Assembly (NCBI GenBank): GCA_963701965.1
Contig: OY969695.1
Location: 1 to 64,000, forward strand
Length of the DNA stretch: 64,000 bases
Direction: 5' to 3'
Source: an uncultured Gemmatimonadales bacterium
GTDB taxonomy: Bacteria; Gemmatimonadota; Gemmatimonadetes; Gemmatimonadales; Gemmatimonadaceae
The number at the start of each line of letters is the position of its first letter. Position 1 is the first letter of the stretch. The notes under the pieces were generated by a model, which saw only the letters and a list, made by a program, of their open reading frames with translations, made no database searches and had not been told where the DNA came from. The translations under genes were made by a program, and so were the position numbers. This document shows positions 30,175 to 39,661 of this stretch, one piece after another.

Positions 30175-31482
30175 TCACATGAATGCATCGAGGGCCTGCA
30201 TCCATGCGGTGGCCACTCGCATCGCCGGCGTGCGCAGCGCATACAGCGGAACGCGTGGCAGCGGAGAGCGCAGAAGACCAAGCTCGGGCGCCTGGCCTTG
30301 CACCATCATCGCCAGGTACTTGCCCATCAGGTTGCTCATCGACACGCCGGTGCCGTTGTAGCCAAGCGCGAAATACACGTCGTCACCCAGCTGCCCTATG
30401 TGGGGCAGTTGGTCCAGCGTCATGGCCACCAGGCCCGACCAGCGGAAGTCGATCGCCGCGCCCTGCAATTGCGGAAAGGTCTGGACCATCTGCCGGCGCA
30501 GGCGCTCATAGCTGGCCGCACCGGGCTCGTTGCCGATGGCGCCGCGGCCACCGAACACCAGCCGGTCGTCGACGACACGAGACCAGCGAAGCACGCGGCG
30601 CGTATCGCTCAGCATGTGGCCCTGGCCGAGAACGCTGGCGCGAAGCGCCGCACTCAGGCGCGCGGTCGCGATCACGGCGGACTGGAAAGGCACGACTGAA
30701 TGCTTCAGCCGCGGTGCGATGCCGGTCAGGCCCGAGTAGGCGTTGGTCGCGATCACGGCTTTCCTGGCGCGCACCACGCCACGCGCGGTGACCACGACCA
30801 CGCCGCCGGGCTCGATGCGGATCTCGGTGGCGGGCGATTGCGCGAACAGCCGCACGTTGCGGGCGGCGAGCGAGGCGGCCAGCCCGCGCACGTAGTTCAG
30901 CGGGTGGATGCCGCCAGCGGAGCGCACCAGCGTACCTCCTGCGAACGAGGGTGAGCCCGTGAGGCTGCCGACTCTGGCGCGGTCGATTGGCTCGGAAGAA
31001 TCGTCGCCGAACTCGGTGCGCATGTAGTCGGCGGTCTTGTGCAAGCCGTCGAGCGCGGCCTGGTTGTGGGCCGCGACCACCACGCCGCAGCGTTCGAAGG
31101 CGCAGGGAATGTTCAGCTCCGCGACGATCTGTTCGAGGTTGTCGATGGCCTCGAAGCCGATCGCGCGCATGCGTTCGGCGGTGGGCTTGCCGTGTGCCGA
31201 CACCATGCCGGCAAAGGAGGTGCGAAAGCGCGGTGAAACGAAGCCGCCGGTGCGCCCGCTCGCGCCCCAGCCCATGTCGTTGGCGTCGAGCACGGCGCAG
31301 TCAAAACCCGCTTTGGTGAGGAAGTGGGCGGTGGAAAGACCGGTGAAGCCGCCACCGATGATGGCCACCTCGGCTACGGCATCGTGGTCGAGTTGCGGCA
31401 ATGCCTGCGCGGCCATCGCGGTGGCCGCCCACACGGAGTCGGCGCTGTCAGCGCGCGGGCTGTGGGCTTGTTGATCCAGCAT
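30175..31482 (-). CDS. FAD-dependent oxidoreductase (PuuB/OrdL-like amine oxidase)
   Basis: GGGFTGLS, GWGASGRTGG, IHPLNY and GYNGTGV. Confidence 0.87.
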   Translation of the reverse strand: MLDQQAHSPRADSADSVWAATAMAAQALPQLDHDAVAEVAIIGGGFTGLSTAHFLTKAGFDCAVLDANDMGWGASGRTGGFVSPRFRTSFAGMVSAHGKPTAERMRAIGFEAIDNLEQIVAELNIPCAFERCGVVVAAHNQAALDGLHKTADYMRTEFGDDSSEPIDRARVGSLTGSPSFAGGTLVRSAGGIHPLNYVRGLAASLAARNVRLFAQSPATEIRIEPGGVVVVTARGVVRARKAVIATNAYSGLTGIAPRLKHSVVPFQSAVIATARLSAALRASVLGQGHMLSDTRRVLRWSRVVDDRLVFGGRGAIGNEPGAASYERLRRQMVQTFPQLQGAAIDFRWSGLVAMTLDQLPHIGQLGDDVYFALGYNGTGVSMSNLMGKYLAMMVQGQAPELGLLRSPLPRVPLYALRTPAMRVATAWMQALDAFM

Positions 31483-31547
31483 CCAGAGTCGCCCTCGAGT
31501 GCCACTTGCTCAAGTAAATCTTCTGCGGGTTCACGGCCGGCACGCGC

Positions 31548-31614
31548 ATGGTCCTTTGACGGGAGTCACAAGACAAACGAGAATTTCTTGATCTTCCATG
31601 CCATTTCCGCATGC
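31548..31614 (-). promoter_or_regulatory. Divergent LysR-controlled promoter (third, diverged copy)
   Basis: ATG-N9-CAT at 31598-31612. The adjacent 26 bp align without gaps to the other two copies. TTGTCT-N17-GACCAT on the minus strand. Confidence 0.7.
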
Positions 31615-31621
31615 AAGCCCC

Positions 31622-32518
31622 ATGCAGCGCGCCCCCTCCACCATGTCCTTGCTGTGCTTCGAGGCCAGCGCACGCCTGCACTCGTTCACAACGGCGGCCC
31701 ACGAGCTGCATCTCACGCAGAGTGCAGTCAGCCGGCAGATCAAGGAACTGGAGCGCCGGCTGTCGTTCAGCCTGTTCGTGCGTCGCCGTGATGCCCTCGT
31801 ACTGACGGAAGGCGGCCGTTTCTACCTGAAGGAGATCGTGCCGATCCTGCAGCGCCTGGAGCGCGCGACGACCGAGGCGGTGGCCTTTCAAGGCCGTGGC
31901 GGATCGCTTTCGCTTTCCGTAGGCACCTCGCTGGGCAACTACTGGTTGATTCCACGCCTGCCGGACTTCACCAAGGAACACGGCGAGATCACGCTGAATC
32001 TGTTCACCAGTGTCGGACCGGTGAATTTCGGCGCGACATCGGTCGACGCTTCGCTCGAATTCGGAACGGGCCCGCGCGCCGGCTTGTGCAGCGACTACGT
32101 GATGCCCCTGGTGCTGGCTCCCTACGCCGCCCCGTCATGGATTGCAAAGCACGGCAACTCGCTAACGCAGGAAACGCCACCCGCGTCGCTGATCCGGCTC
32201 TACACCTTCCCCGATGGTTGGAAAGATTGGTTCCAATTCGCGGGTGTTCATCCGGCACCCGAATCAACGGGGGCGCGCTACGAGCTTTTGTCCATGGCCC
32301 TGAACGCGACCATCGCGGGTCTGGGCACCGTGCTGCTTCCTCCTTTCATGGCCGACGATGCCGTGAGCGATGGCCGGTTGCGACGCCTCTCGCGAAAGAA
32401 CTGGGGCTATCCCGGCGGCTACTACCTGGTGTACCCACGCGAATCCGCGGACATGAAAGCGCTTGGCGTCTTCAGGGAATGGGTGCTGGACCGGGTCAAG
32501 GAGCGACACACGACATGA
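31622..32518 (+). CDS. LysR-family transcriptional regulator (GcvA-like)
   Basis: FEASARLHSFTTAAHELHLTQSAVSRQIKELE and WLIPRLPDF. Start 31622 is preferred because the ATG at 31598 lies within the LysR box. Confidence 0.92.
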   Translation: MQRAPSTMSLLCFEASARLHSFTTAAHELHLTQSAVSRQIKELERRLSFSLFVRRRDALVLTEGGRFYLKEIVPILQRLERATTEAVAFQGRGGSLSLSVGTSLGNYWLIPRLPDFTKEHGEITLNLFTSVGPVNFGATSVDASLEFGTGPRAGLCSDYVMPLVLAPYAAPSWIAKHGNSLTQETPPASLIRLYTFPDGWKDWFQFAGVHPAPESTGARYELLSMALNATIAGLGTVLLPPFMADDAVSDGRLRRLSRKNWGYPGGYYLVYPRESADMKALGVFREWVLDRVKERHTT

Positions 32519-33567
32519 ACCCACCCTTCCTGCGAAACACCTGGTACGTGGTCGCATGGGACCACGAGATTCCGGCCGAAGGCTTGTTCAGCCGCACTGT
32601 CATCGGCGAACCCTTGCTGCTATATCGGACCAGCGACGGCCAGATCACGGCGCTGGAAGACCGCTGCTGCCACCGCCAGGCTCCGCTTTCGCTTGGCCGG
32701 CGCGAGGGCGACTGCGTGCGCTGTGGCTACCATGGCCTGAAGTTCGCCCCCGACGGCCGCTGCGTGGAAGTGCCCGGGCAGGACAGCGTGCCGCCCAAGG
32801 CGCATGTGCGCGCCTTTCCCGTGGTGCTGCAGCACCGCTGGGTCATGGTGTGGATGGGCGATCCGGCTCTGGCAGACCCGGCGCTGCTGCCGGACAACTT
32901 CAGCAACGATCATCCCGCTTGGCGCTGCGAGCCTGGCTACCTGCACTACGCCACGCCCTGGCAGCTGATCGCCGACAACCTGCTGGATTTCTCTCACCTG
33001 AGCTATGTGCATGCGGCCACCCTGGGCGGCAGCGAGCGGATCGCGCACCTGCGGCCGACGGTCGAGGTCATTGAGCGCGGCATCCGCGTCAAGCGACGCG
33101 TGCCCGGCGTGCCCTCGCCCAGCTACTACAAGCCCTTGTGGGACTACGCCGGGCCGATCGACCGCTGGATTGACTACGAGTTTCTGCTGCCGGCCACGCT
33201 GCTGATGCACTCTGGCGCGCGGCCGGCGGGTGCGGCCGAGACTGATGACGGCGAAGGTGTCCGCTTTCACAGCTGCCAAGCCCTGACTCCCGAGACCGAA
33301 CACAGCACGCACTACTTCTTCCAGGAGGCACACCGCGCCGGCCAAGGAGATATGCAGACGACGCGACACCTGCACGCGGGGCTGCTGGCCGCGTTCGAGG
33401 AAGACCGCGCGATGATCACCGCGCAATCGCGCAATATCGCACTGCGCCCCGACCGGCCCATGCTGCCGTTGGCCATGGACCGGGCACTGACGCAGTTTCG
33501 GCACCTGATGGCGCAGGCCTTGCAAGCAGAAGCGGAAATCCCCAATGAGGAAGTTGTGCCGGGGTGA
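32515..33567 (+). CDS. Rieske non-heme iron oxygenase alpha subunit (VanA-like)
   Basis: CCH...CGYHG Rieske ligands and DNLLDFSHLSYVH mononuclear iron site. Confidence 0.92.
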   Translation: MNPPFLRNTWYVVAWDHEIPAEGLFSRTVIGEPLLLYRTSDGQITALEDRCCHRQAPLSLGRREGDCVRCGYHGLKFAPDGRCVEVPGQDSVPPKAHVRAFPVVLQHRWVMVWMGDPALADPALLPDNFSNDHPAWRCEPGYLHYATPWQLIADNLLDFSHLSYVHAATLGGSERIAHLRPTVEVIERGIRVKRRVPGVPSPSYYKPLWDYAGPIDRWIDYEFLLPATLLMHSGARPAGAAETDDGEGVRFHSCQALTPETEHSTHYFFQEAHRAGQGDMQTTRHLHAGLLAAFEEDRAMITAQSRNIALRPDRPMLPLAMDRALTQFRHLMAQALQAEAEIPNEEVVPG

Positions 33568-33730
33568 TGAAGCAGCGGATCGACCGGGTTCGCACGGTCC
33601 TGATCGATCGACTCAATGAAGGATCGGCTGTGCCGAGTCGGGGGCAACGCGTTTACTGATTGCTTTCCGCGCTTCCCACAATATTCCTCACGTCCATTCG
33701 TCTACCCAACATGGACGCCCTAGCCGGCCT

Positions 33731-34478
33731 GACTTAGCGGCCTCGATCTCGACGGACTTTATTTGTCGTGATCAGTTTGTGCCGCGCGAACTCACTTGAG
33801 CGAGCAGCGATTCAATCCTGTTGCAAAGAGCGTCGGCCTGATCGACAAGCGATCTGCCGACGCTTGCGCTCGCAGGCTTGCGAGTTGCGGCCTTGGCCGG
33901 AACGCGTCGAGCCTTCAACGTTGCAACCGTGGTTCGGGTGATTGCCGATTCCTTCCGGCAAGGGCCTTCTCCGGTCGCCGGCAGATTGCGTCCGATGACT
34001 GCAGACATGATCGCCGCCGTCAGGGCGCTGTGGAGATCGGCCGCTCGGCAGCGGCATTGCACCAAGGTCCATTGTCCCTAAGCGAGGGATTGGTCTATGG
34101 CACAGTCCGCCAAGATCCGAGGAGGTCCGGGACTGTCCAGGACGCTCTCAGCCCGTCGCACTCTATTTCAACTTTCTGCGTAGAGAGCCTAGAGGAGGCG
34201 ACACGATTGCTTCTAGGGTCGCGGACAGCGCGGCGTTCCAGCCGCATTCAAGAGCTGGACCGGCAGCGCACCTCTGGGCGTCCCGCTGCGGCGGGGTGCG
34301 AATCAGCAGGGCATTGAAGTGGTTCAGCGCAGGTAATGCGCGAGGTGCGTGGCCGAATAGATCGCCAGGCCAACGAGCCCACCCACGACCGTGCCGTTGA
34401 TCCGGATGAATTGCAGGTCGCGACCGATGTTGCGCTCGAGCTCGTTCGTCATCTCCGCCGCGTTCCACTCACTGACGC
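33731..34478. repeat. 748-bp direct repeat, copy 1 (includes orphan 3' end of the DUF445 gene)
   Basis: Matches 46221-46968. Only 2 substitutions seen (34372, 34433). Confidence 0.95.
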
Positions 34479-34573
34479 CAAGCGCGATCTGTCCCATTCA
34501 TCGACCATGCAGCGAGGGAAGGCCGTCCGGGTGACCGGGGCACCTCCTCCTACCAAACCAGCGAGGCGACCCA

Positions 34574-34798
34574 GTGATCAAGCTATTGACCACGGTGCTG
34601 TTCGGCCTTGTCTTGGCGTCATCCGCAATCTATGTGCTGCAACCGGTAAAGGCCGCCTCGCCGATGCCGACGGAGGTCAACTTCCCGGCGAGTGCAAGGG
34701 CGTGGTCGCAGCCGCTGTGGCCCGCTCCCACGGCACCTTTCGACGAGACGCCGATTACGCCTTTCGAGACTGTCGGCGCGAGCCTACTTGAGTCGTGA
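34574..34798 (+). CDS. Small hypothetical exported protein
   Basis: GAGG RBS, GTG start and a hydrophobic N-terminus. Confidence 0.45.
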   Translation: MIKLLTTVLFGLVLASSAIYVLQPVKAASPMPTEVNFPASARAWSQPLWPAPTAPFDETPITPFETVGASLLES

Positions 34799-34903
34799 AA
34801 CCCTGTGTCGTCGCCGCGAGACCCAGTCTTGAGCCGACTGCATCTCCGCCTGATCGTCCTACCAGGTCCTCACAAAGCTCGCAGCCTTCAACAGGAGTCG
34901 TTC

Positions 34904-35455
34904 ATGATTTCACTGCAATCGATCGAGGGCTCGCCCGTGATCCAGGATTACGGAAGCTTGGTGCAAGTGCGGCGGGGACTGTCGAGTGAAGTCCGCCACC
35001 GGAGCGTCGCCGCCGCGAACCGGCTCCGCGCGCATTCCATGGCGCTACGCGATCTTTACAAGAAGGCGCATTGGCAGACCTCGGGCGCGACCTTCTACGA
35101 TCTTCACCGGCTCTTCGACAAGCACTTCACGGAGCAGCTGGCAATCATCGACGCCCTGGCGGAGCGGGTGCAGACGCTGGGTGGTGTCGCTCTAGCGCTG
35201 GCGCACGACGTCGTCGAGGAGTCGCGGATCTCGCGCGCTCCTCGCGGTCGGGAGGAGCCTCTGAATCAACTGAGCCGGTTGCTCGCAGCGCACGAGATGG
35301 TTCTCCTCGAGGCCCGCCCTCTGGCTCGTCAGGCGACCGCCGATGGGGACGAGGGCACAAACGATCTGCTCGTCAGCCGGGTCGTTCGTACGAATGAACT
35401 GCAGAGCTGGTTGGTCGGTGAGCACCTGGCGGGCGCGAGCGGCGCCGAGCGTTGA
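34904..35455 (+). CDS. dps: Dps-family DNA protection/ferroxidase protein
   Basis: KAHW...FYDLHRLFD...DALAERV ferroxidase motif. AGGAG RBS. Confidence 0.88.
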   Translation: MISLQSIEGSPVIQDYGSLVQVRRGLSSEVRHRSVAAANRLRAHSMALRDLYKKAHWQTSGATFYDLHRLFDKHFTEQLAIIDALAERVQTLGGVALALAHDVVEESRISRAPRGREEPLNQLSRLLAAHEMVLLEARPLARQATADGDEGTNDLLVSRVVRTNELQSWLVGEHLAGASGAER

Positions 35456-35778
35456 ACTCCTCGACTCGCGGGTGTCGGCTCCGGCAGCTCAATCAACGGT
35501 GCCTACGTCCGCAATGGTCGGACGGCGCCGATTGGCTCGCTGATCTCGGTGGACGCAACCAGTCGTCCGAGTTGAACAGCATTCTAAAGCTGACCCTCGA
35601 CAGCGCTGTGTTCGGCCAGAACCGGTCATCCTCAACGGCCGCTCTGGAGCGTGGTCTCACCTAGCCTGCGCGTCGGCGCCGTGTTCGGAGAGTTGCGAGC
35701 CGAACCAGCGGTGGATCACGGGCGTGTGAGCGACCTGAAGATGACGTGTATCGCCTCGTCTAGGTGCCGGGAGGGGCC

Positions 35779-36897
35779 CTAGCGGAATGCCCCCACCACC
35801 GCGCTCAAGACGTGCCCCGGTGCCTGCCAGCTCGTCTCCTCGTTGTACTGGCCGGCCGTAACTACCACGACGAGGTCGAGCGACGGAACGAGAAAGATTC
35901 GCTGGCCGCCGTTGCCGAACGCACCGACGTACGAAAACCACGCCGTCCCGGCGCGCACGCGTCCATGCCACCACTGCCAGCCATAGCGCAGGTTTCCGGC
36001 GGGAAGACGATCACGAAGCATCTCTTCCACCCATGCAGCCGAGACGATCTGCCGGCCTTCCCACTGCCCGTGGTCGAGCACAAGGCGTCCGATCTTGGCC
36101 ATGTCGCGTGGGCGCAGCCTGAGGCCGCCAAACGGCGTCACGCGGCCCGGCCGGTCGCGCCGCCACTCGGTACTGCGGATGTCGAGCGGCTTGAACAGCA
36201 CCGCGTCCGCGAACACGTCGAGCGGGCGCTTGACCGCGCGGGAGACAACTTCGCCGAGCAGCGCTGTGCCGCCGCCGTTGTAGTTGAAGCGGGTGCCCGG
36301 TTCAGCGACAACGTCGCGATCGAGCACGTAGCGAAGGGGATCCGTGGCGAATCGCATGCGCGTTTCGCTATTGCCCCAACGGATGTAGCTGCCCGACTCG
36401 TCCCAGTCGAGGCCGGACGCCATGCCCAGGAGATGGGCGAGGGTGATGCGCGACTTCGCCGTGCCCTGCAGATCCGCGTACTCGGGGAAGTAGTCGAGCA
36501 CGGGCACGTCGACCCCCGGAATGGCGCCCTGATCGACGGCGATGCCGAACAGGATGGCCGTGACGCTCTTGGTCACCGAGCGCAGGTCGTGCAGCCCGTC
36601 TGCGTTGAAGCTGGCGGCCCGGGAAAAAAGCGAGGCACCCGGGTGATCGGTGCCGTTGAAGTACGCCTCCAGCTGCACTTGCCCTGCGTGGTCGACGACG
36701 ACACCGTGCAGGTTGGCTTGCGGTGTGGCGATGCTCGCCAGCGTTGCGCAGAGTGCGTCGACGTCGATCGAGACCTCGGCCGCCGCTGTTGTCAGGGCCG
36801 GCGCGCCGCACGCATTTGCCGCCAGCGCCGATTCGCCAGCGATCGCAGTGGCGAGGGCCATGAAAGCCCGAGCCAACAGGCAGTTCAGCCAAGGCAT
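35779..36897 (-). CDS. Serine hydrolase of beta-lactamase fold (NylB/AmpC-like), exported
   Basis: SVTK catalytic motif, HLLGMASGL, PGTRFNYN and GNGGQ. Confidence 0.88.
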   Translation of the reverse strand: MPWLNCLLARAFMALATAIAGESALAANACGAPALTTAAAEVSIDVDALCATLASIATPQANLHGVVVDHAGQVQLEAYFNGTDHPGASLFSRAASFNADGLHDLRSVTKSVTAILFGIAVDQGAIPGVDVPVLDYFPEYADLQGTAKSRITLAHLLGMASGLDWDESGSYIRWGNSETRMRFATDPLRYVLDRDVVAEPGTRFNYNGGGTALLGEVVSRAVKRPLDVFADAVLFKPLDIRSTEWRRDRPGRVTPFGGLRLRPRDMAKIGRLVLDHGQWEGRQIVSAAWVEEMLRDRLPAGNLRYGWQWWHGRVRAGTAWFSYVGAFGNGGQRIFLVPSLDLVVVVTAGQYNEETSWQAPGHVLSAVVGAFR

Positions 36898-37193
36898 CGT
36901 CTCGCTCCGCGCACCTGAATCGCGGAAACTATAAGGCGCGCGTCGCGGCTTTTGAAAAGCAGTCGATAGACCGAAAAAGCACCGAATCGATGTGCACCAG
37001 CGACGCGATCGGCCAAGACCGGCCGTCCCGCGAGCGACTCCTTAGGTCACGCGCGGCTCTCGCCACCAGCAACCGCGCTTGAAAAGCTCGGCGCGCGCGA
37101 CGTTCGGTGACGAAGCTGCGCGTATTCGACGCTACAGTGCAAAGCTGCGAGCCCGAGGCTGGCCCCGTCGCCGAATTGAACAAGGAGCGTGCG

Positions 37194-37874
37194 ATGAACA
37201 AGCGGCTCGAGGGCAAACGCGTTCTGATTACCCAGGCGCGCGACTTCATGGGCCCGGCTCTCTGCGACGTGCTGGTTGAGCACGGTGCGATCGTGCTGGC
37301 AGACGAATCGCCCTTGTCGGCGCCGGATGCAGCCGAGCGCGTCGTCCGCGCGGCCGGCACCGTTGATATCTTGGTGGCCAACTTGGCCATCCCGGTGCTG
37401 GTTGCGCCCGCCGCGGAGGTCGGCGACGAGGGCTGGCGCGCCACCTTTGCCGCAATCGTCGACCCCTTGCCGCGCTTGGCGCGCGCGCTGTTGCCGGCGA
37501 TGATTGCGCGCCGCTCCGGCAAGTTTCTGGTGATGAGCAGCGCCACGGCGTTGCGTGGGCAGAGCCTGACTTCGACCTACTGCTCGGCGCGTGGCGCGCA
37601 GCTCGCCTGGGTGCAATCCGTGGGTGTGGAACTGGCGCAGCACAACGTGCAGGTCAATGCCATCGCGTTCAACTTCCTGGACAACCCGACCTACTTCCCG
37701 GCCGAAAAGCAAGCCGACCCACGCTTTCAGGAAAAGCTGAAGCGCGAGGTGCCGCTCGGCCGCATGGTCAGCGCCCGCGAGGGCGCCGAATTCGCTGCCT
37801 ATCTGTGCAGTGCGACAGCGGACTGCTTCGTTGGCCAGGTGTTCCCGGTGTGTGGCGGCTGGCTACAGCGCTGA
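37194..37874 (+). CDS. Halohydrin dehalogenase (SDR fold, HheD-like)
   Basis: T-x4-F-x-G (TQARDFMG) replaces GxxxGxG, and the catalytic S-x12-Y-x3-R (SATALRGQSLTSTYCSAR) is present. AAGGAG RBS. Confidence 0.85.
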   Translation: MNKRLEGKRVLITQARDFMGPALCDVLVEHGAIVLADESPLSAPDAAERVVRAAGTVDILVANLAIPVLVAPAAEVGDEGWRATFAAIVDPLPRLARALLPAMIARRSGKFLVMSSATALRGQSLTSTYCSARGAQLAWVQSVGVELAQHNVQVNAIAFNFLDNPTYFPAEKQADPRFQEKLKREVPLGRMVSAREGAEFAAYLCSATADCFVGQVFPVCGGWLQR

Positions 37875-37987
37875 GGCACGCGCTTCACGGGTAGGTGCGT
37901 TGTCGGGGCGGGAGCAACGCGATGAAGCGCGCGGTTCCAATGACGGCGGCTTTGTCGACATGACGCAGCCGCCTGTCGACCTCTCGC

Positions 37988-38668
37988 TTAAATCTTCAGC
38001 CGTTCGTTCTGGGGGAACATGGCGCGCCGTGCCTCGTCGTCCATCTCGGCCTTGAACGTATATCGGTCCTTCAGCGCTGCGGCACGCTGCGCTGCGGGGC
38101 GTTCGCTGATCGTGTCAAGGAGGCGCTTGACGTGGGGCAGTTGGGCCCAGGCCTCGGGTCCCAGCGCAAACGGCACGGCTCGCGCCCAGCCCCACACGGC
38201 AACGTCGAGCACCGAGTAGCCGCTTCCCACCATCCACGGCCGGTCCGCCAGATGCGCATCCAGGATCTTCCAGTGACGCCAAGCCTCGAAGTCATAGCGG
38301 TTGAGAGCATATGGGTTTGGCTCGGCCGCGTAATGCCTGAAGTGCACGCACTGTCCGGTGAACGGCCCGACGCCCGAAGCGACGAACATCAGCCACGAGA
38401 GCATCGCACCGCGCTCTCGCCCTGCAGGCAGGAGGTGCCCGGTCTTCTCGGCGAGGTAGAGAAGGATCGCGTTGCTGTCGAACACGGTGGTGTCGCCGTC
38501 TGTGATCACCGGAACCTTGGCGTTCGGGTTGAGCGCTGTGAAAGCCGGTGCGTGTTGTTCGCCCTTGCGCGTGTCCACGGGTATTGCCTCGTAAGGCAGG
38601 CCACATTCCTCCAGGAACAACGCCACCTTCATGGGGTTCGGCGCGAGCGAGTAGTAGAACTTCAGCAT
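37988..38668 (-). CDS. Glutathione S-transferase (YfcG/YghU-like)
   Basis: APNPMKV, LNPNAKVPVI and FDSNAILLYLAEK. Confidence 0.9.
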   Translation of the reverse strand: MLKFYYSLAPNPMKVALFLEECGLPYEAIPVDTRKGEQHAPAFTALNPNAKVPVITDGDTTVFDSNAILLYLAEKTGHLLPAGRERGAMLSWLMFVASGVGPFTGQCVHFRHYAAEPNPYALNRYDFEAWRHWKILDAHLADRPWMVGSGYSVLDVAVWGWARAVPFALGPEAWAQLPHVKRLLDTISERPAAQRAAALKDRYTFKAEMDDEARRAMFPQNERLKI

Positions 38669-39202
38669 GGTGAGCGACACCCGTGATTGCGATGTCCTAT
38701 TCTGGGCCTGGCTCAGCGCAGGTGGCACAGAACATAGCTTGGGACACGGGTGCAGCTCTGTGTGCTGCCCCTTTCGGTCGACCGGCGACCCCGGGTGGCT
38801 GGCAGGAAGCGGCCACAAACAGTCGCCCGCGAATGTCGGCTTTCGGGCACCTGCCTTCTTCACTCAAATGCCATTCAGCGGGCTCTGCGCACCGCGTCCG
38901 CCCCTTCTTTTAGGACGTGCGCGTAGACCTGGTCGAGGAGCCGGACGCCCCGCGCAGCACCTAGGCGGACTGGACGGCAGTCAAGTTCGATCACTGCTGC
39001 GGCACTGTGGCCCACAGGCGCCGTTCAGGTTGCAGCCATGATCCAGCAACTGCTGCGCAGCAGTCGAGCCGATCGCGAGGACATCAAACGGCCCCTCGCC
39101 CAGGTTCGCCGTCGTATCGACTGCCTCAGGCAAGTTCAGCTCGAATCCGGTCGCATAGGGCTTCGTGTCGATGCCGATGCGAGGCTCAATCACAGGCTAC
39201 CG

Positions 39203-39335
39203 CTAACGCATACCCGCCGCGGCGGCGTGAAGGTTAAAGGTTGCCACGCGCACCAAGCCCGCTCGTGGGCTGTCGATGTCAGCGATCATGAAGAATGACA
39301 TCGAGACGACGATCGGCAACACGAACATCAACTGC
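39203..39335 (-). pseudogene. C-terminal remnant of a DUF4239-like membrane protein
   Basis: VLPIVVSMSFFMIADIDSPRAGLVRV, with no 5' part. Confidence 0.5.
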
Positions 39336-39419
39336 TTGATCCCCGCTGAATTCACATCGTCGCAATGTCGGATAGGTGCGACAACTCCACACAACGACGA
39401 TTTGTCTCGGACGGCGCAA

Positions 39420-39580
39420 GCCTTGAGTAGCGTCGAAGCCGCGCTTCGGCTAGAGATCAACCCGCTCCTCGACGCGATTGATCATTTAATTTGTCGAGGT
39501 GAGCTCCTGCGTGCGGTGCACAGGCGTGACCTCCACGTCGACGAGGATCCCCGCCCGCACGTCGCGGTGACGCCGCGCTT
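39420..39580 (-). pseudogene. IS1182-like transposase remnant
   Basis: Reads DVRAGILVDVEVTPVHRTQE...MINRVEERVDL with internal stops. Recognised from memory of the family. Confidence 0.5.
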
Positions 39581-39661
39581 GATCTTTGGTAGTGCTCGTG
39601 GCGACGGCCAGCGGCCTGGAACTCGTGGAAGATCGAACTGATACATCGGTTGCTGGAGGGA

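Noticed and set aside
32086..32514. N-terminal extension of the Rieske oxygenase
   Set aside because: It overlaps the LysR gene. ATG 32515 has an AAGGAG RBS and a typical FLRNTWYV start.
35779..36897. Antibiotic-resistance beta-lactamase
   Set aside because: It has the SxxK fold, but GNGGQ replaces KTG, which is typical of NylB-like esterases/amidases.
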